DNA of 64,000 bases from Phoronis australis (GCA_002633005.1 NMRA01000338.1:277690-341689); one strand, 5' to 3'; counted from the stretch's first letter, positions 12,456 to 25,339 are shown. The notes: generated from the letters alone by a model not told the origin. Numbers and translations: made by a program.

Positions 12456-12852
12456 GTGCTTAATCTACGCACAGGAAGGTACCTGTTTAAGAACCCTTTG
12501 GCGCTTCATAGAAAAGTTTCAGTGATGAAACACCTCAGACGACCAAGAATGCTGTTTGGCATGAATTCCTTTTTGCGAACCAATCAGGAAAATCCAATGC
12601 CCCGATCAAGAATATATACAGGTCGTTGACACTTATTACAATATGGTAGAAAATAAAAAGAAGAAATAAATTAGCACGAGAGTAAGCCTACTTGGAAACT
12701 GATAATTATTATTATTGTCTCCTTTTAAATGCACAATAAGTAAATTTACATATACGCCACACTTCAATTTGGTTTTCTATTTGCAGCGCTATTAACATTT
12801 TCTACACTTAGTGCCGCATAATAACTTTCAACAACGCATTGTGCAATTGCAG

Positions 12853-13139
12853 ATGGGTGGACTCCAGAAAGCCACCGAAAAAGGATGAAAAACAAGACGT
12901 CACCCTGGTAAAAGCAACTGACCTTGACGGTGTCACAACTTTTCATTTCACGCGCAAGCGCAATACTGGAGACTCGAAAGATTTTGCATTTTCCGACGAA
13001 AATTGTTACCACATGCTTTTTGCCAGAGGTCCACTAAACGGCGCAAAAGACGGGATTTCGAAGCATAAAATAACACCAACCTCTTCAATCGAAAAGCTGT
13101 GCATTAGTAAATGTACCCCAGGTGGCAGTCCTCAACCAG
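12853..13139 (+). CDS. Exon: DOMON 2 C-terminal half (WVDSRKPPKKDEKQDV...FTRKRNTGDSKD...ISKHKITP...GGSPQP)
   Basis: ttgcag acceptor, g|gtaagt donor, phase 2-1; PxxD, FxRxxxTxD and late His motifs. Confidence 0.92.
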
Positions 13140-14310
13140 GTAAGTAAAAAGCCATGCACTGCACCCCTAATGACATTTTGATTTGTTCTCGCATCATATT
13201 GATATTTGTCATTCTTTAAGTGCACATTCAATCATGTGGCTCTCATGATTTCGGCAACTTGTTCAGTACAGCGCCATCTACTCCCACTGTGTTTCGAAGT
13301 ACTCTTTTGCCTTTCTTAAGATAGTCAGTCAAAGCACTTGCCCAATTCTTTGCCTCAGCATGAAGGAGTGTTGGCGTAGTCCTTGTTATTGATGCCTTTT
13401 CCTAGACACCTTCACATCACTGTGAAAGTATCCTTGAATTCACGTTACTTTGGTGATTTAAATATTCGTTCTATCGTTAGAATAGCCGACTGTCGAAACA
13501 ACCACGCCAAATTGAAGTTCTCTATTCCGCCAGACGGCGATTAGGTTTCGTTCAGCGCCACCTAGAGATTCCATGAAATGCAGGGGAGGTTTCAAAAGTA
13601 GTATCAACAGCGTTTTAATACCTCAGTTTCCTGCTATCATAATGCCGGCAAATTTCCCCTTCTGTTCGTTGGGGTGTACTAATGGCACATGGAAAAGTCA
13701 AACCTTTTGAATTGTCCATGGACGAAGGACACCATGTTCCACACATTCCCCATTTCAAAGAATTCGGACCTGTGAAATCAGTGAAAGCGGGAAAATTTCT
13801 TACTCAGCCGATGTCAAAAAGGTAAAATAAGTCGCTGAACTATCTTCGGTTGGCTAATCAAACAATTGGAGGACTGGCAGCGGGATTTATGCCTTGTTTT
13901 TAGACCACATGTAAAGCCAAACCACTATGTAGTAATTCAATTTATGTCCACCAAATGTGGCTATGTAACTATTTCAGCTATCACGGAGTCAAGTACCCTT
14001 GCCATGACCAGGGTCACAAAGTAGTAACAAACTGTCGTAAGCAAAGTTTTAAGTGACCAAGTTGCTATTCTTAGTTTGACCGTCAATTTAAAGTACTTAG
14101 AATAGTGGAAAGTTAAATACAACACCCAGAACCACTCACTATATAATAAATAACCATGTTTTCTTTTTTGCAATCTTCATCCTGCTGTTAGATTTTTGAT
14201 TAATGCTGAAGGATTTGCCTCGTAAAACAGCCGTGCTAAGAGAATGAACGGACTCCGAGTAGGTGCAACAATGTAACGTCTCTATTTGGCTGCACCGATT
14301 GTGCTTATAG

Positions 14311-14426
14311 GTAAAATACACGTCTTCAAAGTGACGATAAAGTTCCCAAATCTTGTCTACCAGGACGTCTATTCTCGACTTAAAGACCCAGTCACTATGG
14401 AACTCACACGAGCGATTGAGCAACAC
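14311..14426 (+). CDS. Exon: SEA domain part 1 (GKIHVFKVTIKFPNLVYQDVYSRLKDPVTMELTRAIEQH)
   Basis: cttatag acceptor, cac|gtaagt donor, phase 1-0; SEA strand-1/helix-1 pattern. Confidence 0.85.
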
Positions 14427-15320
14427 GTAAGTTCTGTCGTCTCTGCTTCTACGAATCAAACTGTGTTTTAACAAAGCAAATGTGCACATTTGTAGTGAGA
14501 ATTCTTTAAAACCGAACTGGGTAATACAATGATGATTTACATCCTTGGCAAAGAAAAAAGCTTGGACTTCTGAAGCTCGGGCAAACACAGTATACAAAAC
14601 AAGTAGAATGTTTATGCTGCAATGCATCGAAGCAGGTATTCATATGAACATGCTACTTTAATAAGAAACATCAGTTGTCCTACAATAAAACAGATCGATA
14701 CCTTGGGAGAGCAATGCTACCTGAAACCGAAAAACGAGGGCAGTATTGCTCTCCCTCAGTCGATATGACCAGATATCATCATCCAGATCGGTACATTTGT
14801 GTATTAGTTTTCAGCATCCAAGCTAACCAACCAATTTTCAAATCGACAATGTTCATCCCTTCTTGCCAATAAAAGCTCTCGGTGTTCACTCGTTATGGGT
14901 TGATAGAAAAACGTGTTTAGAAAATAGACTGTTAACCGCTGAAAACCGCTTTGGTCACTATAAATCCCTGTTCAAAAGGGGACCGTAGTAAAAATAATGC
15001 AACAATAACCGGTTATAACATACAAATAAAACTCACATTTGAAGAACGCCACTTGACTGCAGGCTAAATATGACACTGACTTTACCCCACCAAATACGTC
15101 ACGAGAAGCAGCGCTCCAAGCGGGGGATTATGCAACTCTTTGAACCAATTTTGTGAGTTTCGCTAGAAGTTTACTTTTTGCTGTTGCATTATTAGTGAAA
15201 TTAGGCAACCACTCATAGAAAACTATGCAAATTTATTCATAAAAATACAGTTCCCTTTTAATGTCATGCATTTCAAGCCACATAACGTTGTCTACTACAG
15301 CTGCTAAATACTACTTTCAG

Positions 15321-15379
15321 ATGGACATATCGCTGATGCAAACAAAAGGTTACAAGGGTACTACAGTGAAGTCAGTAAA
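15321..15379 (+). CDS. Exon: SEA domain part 2 (MDISLMQTKGYKGTTVKSVK)
   Basis: ctttcag acceptor, aa|gtaggt donor, phase 0-2; bridges the flanking exons in frame. Confidence 0.8.
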
Positions 15380-16016
15380 GTAGGTATTTTTATTACATGT
15401 ATTATTGCCGTTTTCATCATTTTTGGCTAATGATTCTTGAAACTCGAGCCAAAGACGTTACTTCATTCTAAATCCCCAGACTCAACATCCTCTTTCGTGG
15501 GGTTGTATTTTGGTTAGGTTTTTGCATAGCTCTTGGGTGAGGATGCAAGTGACATTTTGTCTCCACTGAAACCGGGTGTCCAATGTTTCGGAAACAACTT
15601 GTTGATACCTTGTGTTAGCTTGTGTTTGCGTTTGCACCACGTGGCTGGAACGCCTAACAAAACTGAAGTTGTGCATAGCGAATTACAGAAAGCGTACGGT
15701 AACCAATGTCTCAAATTGTGTACCCCGAGCATCAAACTGCGCCCCCTTTCTCTTTAATTTTAATCATGACTTCAGGCGGAACAAGTAGACATCCATAGCA
15801 TGAATTTCACTAACATGAGAAGCAAATTGGTGGCAATTTGTGGTTGTGGTGCCGTTTACGACAATAATTCAATGCACCAGAGAAATGTGTTTACTAAAAA
15901 CACTTAGCCAAGTTTCAGTGTATTGTAAGTTAAATGTGCTAGTATAACCATTATGCAACTTGTTGATACTTGGGTCTCGACCTGGGTATTTATATTATAT
16001 TCTTAACGTCTTTAAG

Positions 16017-16177
16017 GTCGGGCAGTATCATAGTAGACGCTGATATCAGGATGGAGACCGTCGATTCCACAAAAACAAGTCAGACGATCAAGGATGCTTT
16101 GGCAGATGTCGCTAGCAGTCAATCCAATGACGACATGTTCAAGATGGTTGTCCAAAAGGTGACGGATACCAACAAAG
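16017..16177 (+). CDS. Exon: SEA domain part 3 (SGSIIVDADIRME...VTDTNK)
   Basis: tttaag acceptor, g|gtatgc donor, phase 2-1; GSIIV motif. Confidence 0.85.
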
Positions 16178-17277
16178 GTATGCAATTTAACTCATTGAAG
16201 TATTACATTTCCTGGAATTACAATCCCTGTAGTAGTGAGTAGACATTAATTTTGACATGATTTTTACGACCGCAATTGCATTTTTGGGATTAATATCATG
16301 GGTGGTGTACCATAGGGGGCTGGGGGATTATAGCCCCCCACTTTCTTCAGTGCTAGGCCGCACGTGGTCTATAGGCGGTGCACCCCAGGGGGGCTGAGGG
16401 GGTTTTAGCCCCCACATTTTTCAGAGCTGTGCCGCCCATGGATATTCAACGGGATAGGTTTTGGAAGTTGTTGTTTTTGTGATTTTATTGCAAATTGCCA
16501 ATTGTCGAAGTTGTCTGCCAGACTTCTGCTGAAATCTAGACCCCTTACTTTACCAATAAAATATGCTAAAATACCATGACATGTAGCGAGTGGGATTTAG
16601 CTGATCCAGGAGAGCGGTTGGTGGCTACGCGAGTGTTACAGATTCCATTCCGCACTGGCGCTGGTCGCAAAGAAAAAGAATTTTCTCGCCTTATGTCACT
16701 TTTATCCAGTCTGCCGAGCCATGTGCACATGTACGTTAGGAATATTTCCTAAACAGAAAGGCACAGTCATAACAAAACAAATGTAATAATAATATCACCA
16801 ATTTTCATTTGATATGAATACTCTGAATTAAAGTCATGTAATTGATAGCCCCTAATGCAAAAATGGAATGTTCATACGGAATGAACATTGCATGAAGCGG
16901 AGTATCTGAAAGTTTGATATGGATCCGATCATCGAATATTTTGAGATTACAAAGATATTCAAATGTGGACATTTTTCTAACGTCCTACGTAACCTTAAAC
17001 AGCATGACCACCACTTGTCCGCCACCTTTTTTAGGTCTACCTGTTGGTTTTAAATAATTCACGCAATAGCAGCAATTCCATTGACACCTAGAATGTTACT
17101 ATTTTCAGTAAAATAGTAGATTTTATAAATGTCATATGACCCATCTCCCTGAGCATAGATGGTAATATGAATGGGACAACTTTGAACTGACAACTAACAC
17201 ATGTGCAAACAACAAAAATAGACATTGGCCATTTTTTGACCGGAGTATGCTTAAGCTCACATGCCTTTTTGTTACAG

Positions 17278-17384
17278 ATATTTGGACCGACTGGTTGATA
17301 GCTCTCGTAGCCGTAGCTTCGGTGGTGGTGTTTGCAGCTATTTGCGTGTGCATTTTCAAGTGTGCTGAATCGGTGAGAGGAAAG
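17278..17384 (+). CDS. Exon: transmembrane helix, copy 1 (DIWTDWLIALVAVASVVVFAAICVCIFKCAESVRGK)
   Basis: gttacag acceptor, aag|gtatgt donor, phase 1-0; about 22 hydrophobic residues. Confidence 0.85.
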
Positions 17385-18651
17385 GTATGTTCAAACGCCT
17401 CCTCACGTGTTAAGCGTGTAACTACATGTATATGTCAGGAATGAATAATGAAAATAACAATCATGGTAAAAAGTGAACCTGATTGTAAGTGTAATGGATA
17501 TTATGACCTTCACAATGGACATGATTATGAACATTCTTAGCGCGGTAGCAAACTTTGCATATATTAGGTATGGAGCTTCTGGCGTCATCTGGTGAATCCA
17601 GCTTGGTCATTGATAATTGCTTTTTTTGAGAAGAACTATTCAAGGATTTCTTTCGCATTCGGACAGAGAGAACGTGAAAACACGTTTGTGGGGAACGTGG
17701 CGAAAACACCCCACTAAAATAGGACCTCACGATTATTGGTAAATATACATTAAACTGGACTCTGACAGTGGCGATAGTAAGTCGATTACATTATCCCCAA
17801 GTGCCTCTCTGTGCGACGGTTACAGTTTGTGGTAATATTTGCGATTTGGGTATACAATATCTTAATTCAGGATGGATGCCATATGTTTATCACTTATTCA
17901 CCCGGAGCTTGTTTCTGATAATTAGGTCAGTTCTCTTGGTTTTGGAAAACCAAATTGATTCAGTGGAGAAAGTTCTAAAAATCCGGGATCTTGTACATGG
18001 AAGGGCCTATTTCCGGGAGTAGGNGCTGGTCGCAAAGAAAAAGAATTTTCTCGCCTTATGTCACTTTTATCCAGTCTGCCGAGCCATGTGCCCATGTACG
18101 TTAGGAATATTTCCTAAACAGAAAGGCACAGTCATAACAAAACAAATGCAATAATAATATCACCAATTTTCATTTGATATGAATACTCTGAATTAAAGTC
18201 ATGTAATTGATAGCCCCTAATGCAAAAGTGGAATGTTCATACGGAATGAACATTGCATGAAGCGGAGTATCTGAAAGTTTGATGTGGATCCGATCATCGA
18301 ATATTTTGAGATTACAAAGATATTCAAATGTGGACATTATTCTAACGTCCTACGTAACCTTAAACAGCATGACCACCACTTGTCCAACACCTTTTTTAGG
18401 TCTACGTGTTGGTTTTAAATAATTCACGCAATAGCAGCAAATCCAATGACACCTAGAATGTTACTATTTTCAGTAAAATAGTAGATTTAAGTAGATTTTA
18501 TAAATGTCATGTGACCCATCTCCCTGGGCATAGATGGTAATATGAATGGGACAACTTTGAACTGACACCTAACACATGTGAAAACAACAAAAATAGACAT
18601 TGGCCATTTTTGACCGGTGTATGCTTAAGCTCACGTGCCTTTTTGTTACAG

Positions 18652-18758
18652 ATATTTGGACCGACTGGTTGATAGCTCTCGTAGCCGTAGCTTCGGTGGT
18701 GGTGTTTGCAGCTATTTGCGTGTGCATTTTCAAGTGCGCTGAATCGGTGAGAGGAAAG
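18652..18758 (+). CDS. Exon: transmembrane helix, copy 2 (same peptide, probably the other allele)
   Basis: Lies in a duplicated block starting at N 18024; one synonymous change (tgt/tgc) and a gtaagt donor. Confidence 0.6.
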
Positions 18759-20285
18759 GTAAGTTCAAACGCCTCCTCAAGTGTCAAGCGTGTAACTACA
18801 TGTATATGTCAGGAATGAATAATGAAAATAACAATCATGGTAAAAAGTGAACCTGATTGTAAGTGTAATGGATATTATGACCTTCACAATGGACATGATT
18901 ATGAACATTCTTAGCGCGGCAGCAAACTTTGCATATATTAGGTATGGAGCTTCTGGCGTCATCTGGTAAATCCAGCTTGGTCATTGATAATTACTTTTTT
19001 GAGAAGAACTATTCAAGGATTTCTTTCGCATTCGGACAGAGAGAACGTGAAAACACGTTTGTGGGAAACGTGGCGAAAACACCCCACTAAAATAGGACCT
19101 CACGATTATTGGTAAATATACATTAAACTGGACTCTGACAGTGGCGATAGTAAGTCGATTACATTATCCCCAAGTGCCTCTCTGTGCGACGGTTACAGTT
19201 TGTGGTAATATTTGCGATTTGGGTATACAATATCTTAATTCAGGATAAATGCCATATGTTTATCACTTATTCACCCGGAACTTGTTTCTGATAATTAGGT
19301 CAGTTCTCTTGGTTTTGGAAAACCAACTTGATTCAGTGGAGAAAGTTCTAAAAATTCGGGATCTTGTACATGGAAGGGCCTATTTCCCGGAGTAGGTCAT
19401 GCGATAAAATGCCGACTTCCCTAAACACCTAGGCCTTGGATCTAAACTCAGTCTCGACTGAAGACCCGAAACTCAATAAACCACGCGACATGGTTCGAGT
19501 ATTAATTTGCAAGTTAACGCGAAGCATTTCGTGCCGTGTCGGGTTTCGAGTGCAGGGATTGGTCAAAATGTTCGTCATGATTTATTCTGAGGTAATTATC
19601 AAGTCAATCATTGCAATTATCTACTGTCAATCAGCTTGATCGGTTGTCATTAACTGTGAAACCGGACATCACGTAGACGGAACGTCGAATATAGGCAAAA
19701 CAACTCAGAGAATTAGGATACTTAACCAGCTTTTTGCCTGTCAACAGACCTTGGCGCCAATTGAATATTTAAAAAAGTTCTCTCGGAGAAACAAGATGAT
19801 GCTCTGTAGTCCTTCGCTAATTATTAAAGTTAATTTCACGCTCGACAGATCCTAGCAAAATCTGCTTGATCAACAAGCATGGCAAATGCTTCAATCGGGT
19901 TTTTTAAAATGGATTGTGGGAAAAGGTCACGTGTCTCGATCACCTAATCGAATCCATTCGGATGGGACAAAGCTTTTATCTCTCCGGAAAGTCCTAAATT
20001 ATGCATTAGCATGCTATGGAATCCAGTTTGGGTAAAACCGCTAAACCAGGGTTTAGTATCCTTCTAAAGTTCCTTTGATTAGTTCCAGAAAGAAGTGTTA
20101 CTTTGTCGCGTTTTAGTTAATTTGAGCATATACATGTAATTGGCGAAGCAATTTCTAAAAAATGACAAAATTAATGGAAACACGTTCAAAACTTGTTTCC
20201 GTCCTCCTGTTTATAATTTTGTTGTAATGCTTTGAGAAATGTAACCAATTGGGTTGATTTTATTGTACTGTCTTCGAATTTTCAG

Positions 20286-20633
20286 CAAGGTAAAAAGAAA
20301 GCCATTTTCGATGACGAGACGAACACAGACGGATACCTGAATCCCGTTCTTGACAAAGATTTTGAGAAGACATCTGGAAACACCGAGACGTCATTTTCAA
20401 CTTATTCAGATAACCGACAACTTTTATACTCAGAGCCCAAAATGGATGCGAGGCCGCAGTCACAAATGTCTTCTAAGGACGATCAGCAAAAACCGTCAGT
20501 GAACGGTAACGGTTACTCAAGTTTTCGTCCACAACACGTGGCAAGTGTGACGGTCTCTGAACAAGACGCCCGGACGTACTCAAGCATGGAAGACGGCATT
20601 GCTCGCGTGTATGTCTCAAACAATAATGTTTAA
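20286..20633 (+). CDS. Terminal exon: cytoplasmic tail (QGKKKAIFDDETNTDGYLNPVLD...RVYVSNNNV*)
   Basis: ttttcag acceptor in phase 0; basic juxtamembrane residues; frame open to TAA at 20631-20633. Confidence 0.85.
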   Translation, partial: QGKKKAIFDDETNTDGYLNPVLDKDFEKTSGNTETSFSTYSDNRQLLYSEPKMDARPQSQMSSKDDQQKPSVNGNGYSSFRPQHVASVTVSEQDARTYSSMEDGIARVYVSNNNV

Positions 20634-22121
20634 CCCTTTAAGACTTGACGTCCGTTCATAAGTATAGTGATTTTCAATATCTGATATTTTGCCATGTGCT
20701 ACGACGGATTCACTCACTATGGGTTATACTCTAGACAAAAGTATCTTACGATAATCGTGGTATGTTGCGTGACAAGTTTTCTGTCGAATTCTAAATAATT
20801 AACGGTATGTGAATTTTAATGTGTATTGTGCATGCTATTGCAATACATCGGGAATGAGACAAAGTGCTAAGGGCTGCTAGTTATCTCCGACCAGACATTT
20901 TTCAACTGAGATTGCACTTGCACATACGGTGTCCGCAAGTCGCGACTTAATGCATTGTGACTTTTATGTTGGATTACTGATGTAATTCGGTAGCGTATAT
21001 GGAATGGAGTTAATGAGCTCTTTGGTCTCAGGTGTGTGTTGCTGGATTTTGGTCTTCCAAACGTACACCCAGTCTATATTTCCCTTAAACAAAGACTGGT
21101 AGAGCCTAGTCATGAAGATGTGCCATATTTAGAGTTGTCAAATACTATGTAAATACAAATATTTATCGGTGCATACCACTTTCCAAGACACCAGAGCATG
21201 TGATTTAGTGTGCGATATAAAATGAACAGTAGTGCAAGCAACACGTGTACGTTGCACGTGACAGCCATCATATACGGTGAATATATTAACTTAATTTCAT
21301 CATGGGCAATGTTTACGCAGCATCTATTTTGAGGTTTTAAAATGTGCTTCAAAATAACGAGGAAAAAAGCACCAAATTAGCATTCCATATTGCATGTGAT
21401 TTTTCGTGGAAATTGGCGAGCTTTCGTAATTAATGGACTTTACCCAGGTCGCAAGCACGACTACTTGACATAACCTTTAAGTTTGCCTTCCATCCTGCGT
21501 ACCAACAACGACCCGAATGAGAGGTATACAGGCTGATGAATGGACTCAACAGCGGTTGTTCCAAGCCCCCAACTTGAATTGGCGACCTCTGGCGAACGTT
21601 TGGCTGTGTTGCTTATGCTGTTTCATAAAGGTTAAGCATGTTATATTATTTGTTATTGCAAGTTCACGCTGAATATGACGTGTAAATTCACTAGTTGTGA
21701 ATACGTTTTTGTTTCACATTCAATATGCAACGACGCACTACAAAAATTTTGTTATTCTTGCTTTTACCGTGTGGGCGTCAGCTTTGATCGTAGACGATCT
21801 GTTCGAGAGCAAACTTGCATTTAGCATGCAATAGTCTTATGGCGAAGAGCTGGTATGCTGGCATATTTATCTTGGCCTATATGGGCTGTGAGCAGACGTG
21901 TGTTTTGAAGTTTGGATATCACTATTATGATTATTTTTACATTGCAATGATTTACAGTCAAACATAACTGTTAAATAAATGGGTGATTTTGGTAATGTTG
22001 TTCGTATTACTTTCAAAGCATATGCCACCCCATTTATTTTTGTTCTCTACCGTTTTAATCAGTCTGTGTCCGCATCACGTCGTGATCTGTCCACCCCTCC
22101 GCGCCAAAAGGTGTCGCCTTG

Positions 22122-24437
22122 ACATATGCAGAAGGTGACGACACATATCCCATTACCTCAACGGATTTTGCAATGAGCCTGTTTCCCTTTTTCTAACATT
22201 GAAGTGATGCCTATAAAGAAGTGTCAACGCCCCCAGGCTGCAATAAAGCTACTCCTGCAGTGTTATTTTTGTGCTGTTAGTGACTACAAATGTGTCCAGA
22301 ACCTTATGGATAAATTATAAAGCGTTTCCGTATTTTCAGGTGCTATCAAATTATTATTAAAGCCGACCTGGAGCCCGTTCCAAGAAAAATGACTAAATGA
22401 CTTGTCTAAAACAAATTTTAAACTACAGTCAATTTTAAGATAAAGTTGAAATTTGTCTCAAGCTCGTTTCAAGAAAGAAATCATAAGTTTGACTTACGTT
22501 TTTAACTTAATATTTGTCTTAATTTTGACTAACTTACCGGATGTGGAAGTTTCACAATTTGGAAGTTGAGCCAAATCTTAGACTTACTGTCAAAAATGAG
22601 CTGCCAGTTTCTTTGAACGGGCCCATGTCTCGACTGAGGCGGTCGTGTGCCGATGGGTGCCAAGTTGTATCATATGTCAATTCAGTGTTGGGTAAAGAGA
22701 AACTACTGAGTACTCCGTTGCACGCTATGAAAATTCAGTGAAACAACACCATAAAGCGCAGCGATTGTTCTTAAAATTTTTGCTCAAACGGATTTTGTGA
22801 AATCTGGATTTCACATCGTGATATGTTGCTGGCGATTGGGATAAGCTGGTGAATACCCCGGTGTCAAAATAAATATTGATTATTTAATAAGTAGAGCTAG
22901 TTCCATTGAAATTGCCCAAAATTTGTGCATGTACTTTTAAAAACCATGGGCTTAAACTTGTTTACATGTATTTTTGATATCTACATTATTTTTAGATGTG
23001 TTTACCTCTTTTGTNNNNNNNNNNNNNNNNNNNNNNNNNNNNNNNNNNNNNNNNNNNNNNNNNNNNNNNNNNNNNNNNNNNNNNNNNNNNNNNNNNNNNN
23101 NNNNNNNNNNNNNNNNNNNNNNNNNNNNNNNNNNNNNNNNNNNNNNNNNNNNNNNNNNNNNNNNNNNNNNNNNNNNNNNNNNNNNNNNNNNNNNNNNNNN
23201 NNNNNNNNNNNNNNNNNNNNNNNNNNNNNNNNNNNNNNNNNNNNNNNNNNNNNNNNNNNNNNNNNNNNNNNNNNNNNNNNNNNNNNNNNNNNNNNNNNNN
23301 NNNNNNNNNNNNNNNNNNNNNNNNNNNNNNNTTGTTCATTTCTTGCTCATAATCGTTGTCGCTTTCAAATTCCCTACTCTCCGCCGTTGTTCAATGCTAG
23401 TCGCTGATCTCTTGTGTTCAACCCATGATGTCACATGGCGGGAAATGTGAAAATTGGTAAAATTGAAAGAGAAATCAAAATTTCGAGCTAATGACACAAA
23501 ATAATCATGGATTTGGCTAAATTTTACGTCATACATTTAGTCTGTGGCCACCGGTAATTCGAAATGTGCAAAAATCCATGGTGTGTACTGTTTAACATAT
23601 GCAGAAGGTGAAAACGCATATTCCATTACGTCAACGGATTTTGCAATGAGCCTGTTTCCCTTTTTCTAACATTGAAGTGATGCCTAAAAAGAAGTGTCAA
23701 AGCCCACAGGCTGCAATAAAGCGACTCCTGCAGTGATATTTTTGTGCTGCTAGTGACTACAAATGTGTTCAGATAAATTAAATTATAAAGCGTTTCCGTC
23801 TTTTCAGCTGCAATCAAATTATTATTAAAGCCGACCTGGAGCCCGTTCCAAAAAATGACTTGTCTAAAACAAATTTTAAACTACAGTCAATTTTAAGATG
23901 AAGTTGAAATTTGTCTCAAGCCCGTTTCAAGAAAGAAATCATAAGTTTGACTTACGTTACCGGATGTGGAAGTTTCACAATTTGGAAGTTGAGCCAAATC
24001 TTAGACTTACTGTCAAAAATGAGCTGCCTGTTTCTTGGAACGGGCCCAGGTCTCGTCTGAGGCGGTCGTGTGCCGATGGGTGCCAAGGTGTATCATATGT
24101 CAATTCAGTGTTGGGTAAAGAGAAACTATTGAGTACTCCGTTGCACGCTATGAAAATTCAGTGAAACAACACCATAAAGCGCAGCGATTGTTCTTTAAAT
24201 TGTTGCTCAAACGGATTTTGTGAAATCTGGATTTCACATCGTGATATGGTGCTGGCGATTGGGATAAGCTGGTGAATACCCCGGTGTCAGAATAAATATT
24301 GATTATTTAATAAGTAGAGCTAGTTCCATTGAAATTGCCCAAAATTTGTGCATGTACTTTTAAAAACCATGGGGTTAAACTTGTTTATATGTATTTTTGA
24401 TATCTACATTATTTTTAGATGTGTTTACCTCTTTTGT
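22122..24437. repeat. Direct duplication of ~0.85-0.9 kb (22122-23014 and 23595-24437) flanking the N gap 23015-23331
   Basis: Near-identical copies; copy 1 has an extra ~33 bp near 22500 and stops at the gap. Confidence 0.88.
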
Positions 24438-25339
24438 TCTGGGGCCAATGAATTGTGAGGATTCTAGAAATGTTTAAGGTCAAATCGTTACAGCCTATGA
24501 CATGGTTTGATAAGGACATGTGTTTTTTAGCCAATCATTAAGTAAATGCATCAATGTATTTTGGGCAAAAGACTGGAAAATAGCCATATGGAATTTGGTA
24601 ACTAACGCTACAAGATTTGCTTCAGTGTACTGAAGAAATAGTACAACAGAGCCATATCGTGGAAGATTCTAAAGAGGATCTTAGCAAGGGCAAGCGTTAA
24701 GAGCTTGTCAGTGACTTGCATCGTCGAAGGTAACATACTGCCTACACGTGTTGCGTCACCAGGGACTGTGACCAGCAAGTACATTGTTCAAGTGTAATTT
24801 GCGTTAGTTTAAGGACCGACCAACAAGACTCTCATCCAAAGAGTCGAGTACTACAGCTTGGATAGCAAAAAACAAGTTTGATTATTTATGATTAATTGAT
24901 TGAAGTTATGCCTAGAGGGCGCTAGAGTTGTTACTCTTCTTCATTGTTAGTGTACTTGATTAACAACAAGTTTCACTTGTTTTAATTAGTAGTTATGATG
25001 TAACAAATTAATTGCTGGACTTAATAGTTCTCTTTCAATCTACTCACAATCATCGTGACAAAGCATAGCTACCTTCTAAATTAAATCCTCAGTCAACTTT
25101 TGACACCCGGCTAGCTGAGTTAACTGGGGGTTTGATAAAATGGCTTGATTCACCGGACTATAGTCATAATCGAACAACATGATTATTACTGTGGTTCACT
25201 ATTTGTTTGGCGATGGGTAACAGCGTTCGACTTAGTATCGGTGTAAGCATTTCCCCGACACTTTCCTACGAGCTTTTTGATTACAACTGCTGCTGCTGGT
25301 CAGGGTGGTGGCTAGGTCACCATGCAAACTGACAATAAT

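Larger units (their letters stand above)
16660..19396. repeat. Direct duplication of ~1.37 kb (16660-18023 and 18025-19396) joined by a single N
   Basis: Near-identical copies with scattered SNPs and small indels; the junction is exactly N 18024. Confidence 0.9.
1836..20633 (+). other. Multi-exon gene, 5' end not found in window: LPMO-like/EGF/EGF/DOMON/DOMON/SEA/TM type-I membrane protein
   Basis: Fourteen exons with AG/GT boundaries whose phases chain correctly, except across the N at 8866 where coding sequence is missing. Domain motifs are listed per exon. Confidence 0.85.

Noticed and set aside
19450-19480. ctgaaga...gaaa as a hammerhead ribozyme core
   Set aside because: No room for stem II and no convincing stems I/III; other ctgatga sites I checked also lacked stems.
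22925-23450. ORFs containing long X runs
   Set aside because: Artefacts of the N gap 23015-23331.
22122-24437. Duplicated ORF MWKFHNLEVEP... as a tandem gene pair
   Set aside because: No recognisable domain, an indel between copies, and the duplication abuts an N gap; probably allelic overlap of non-coding DNA.
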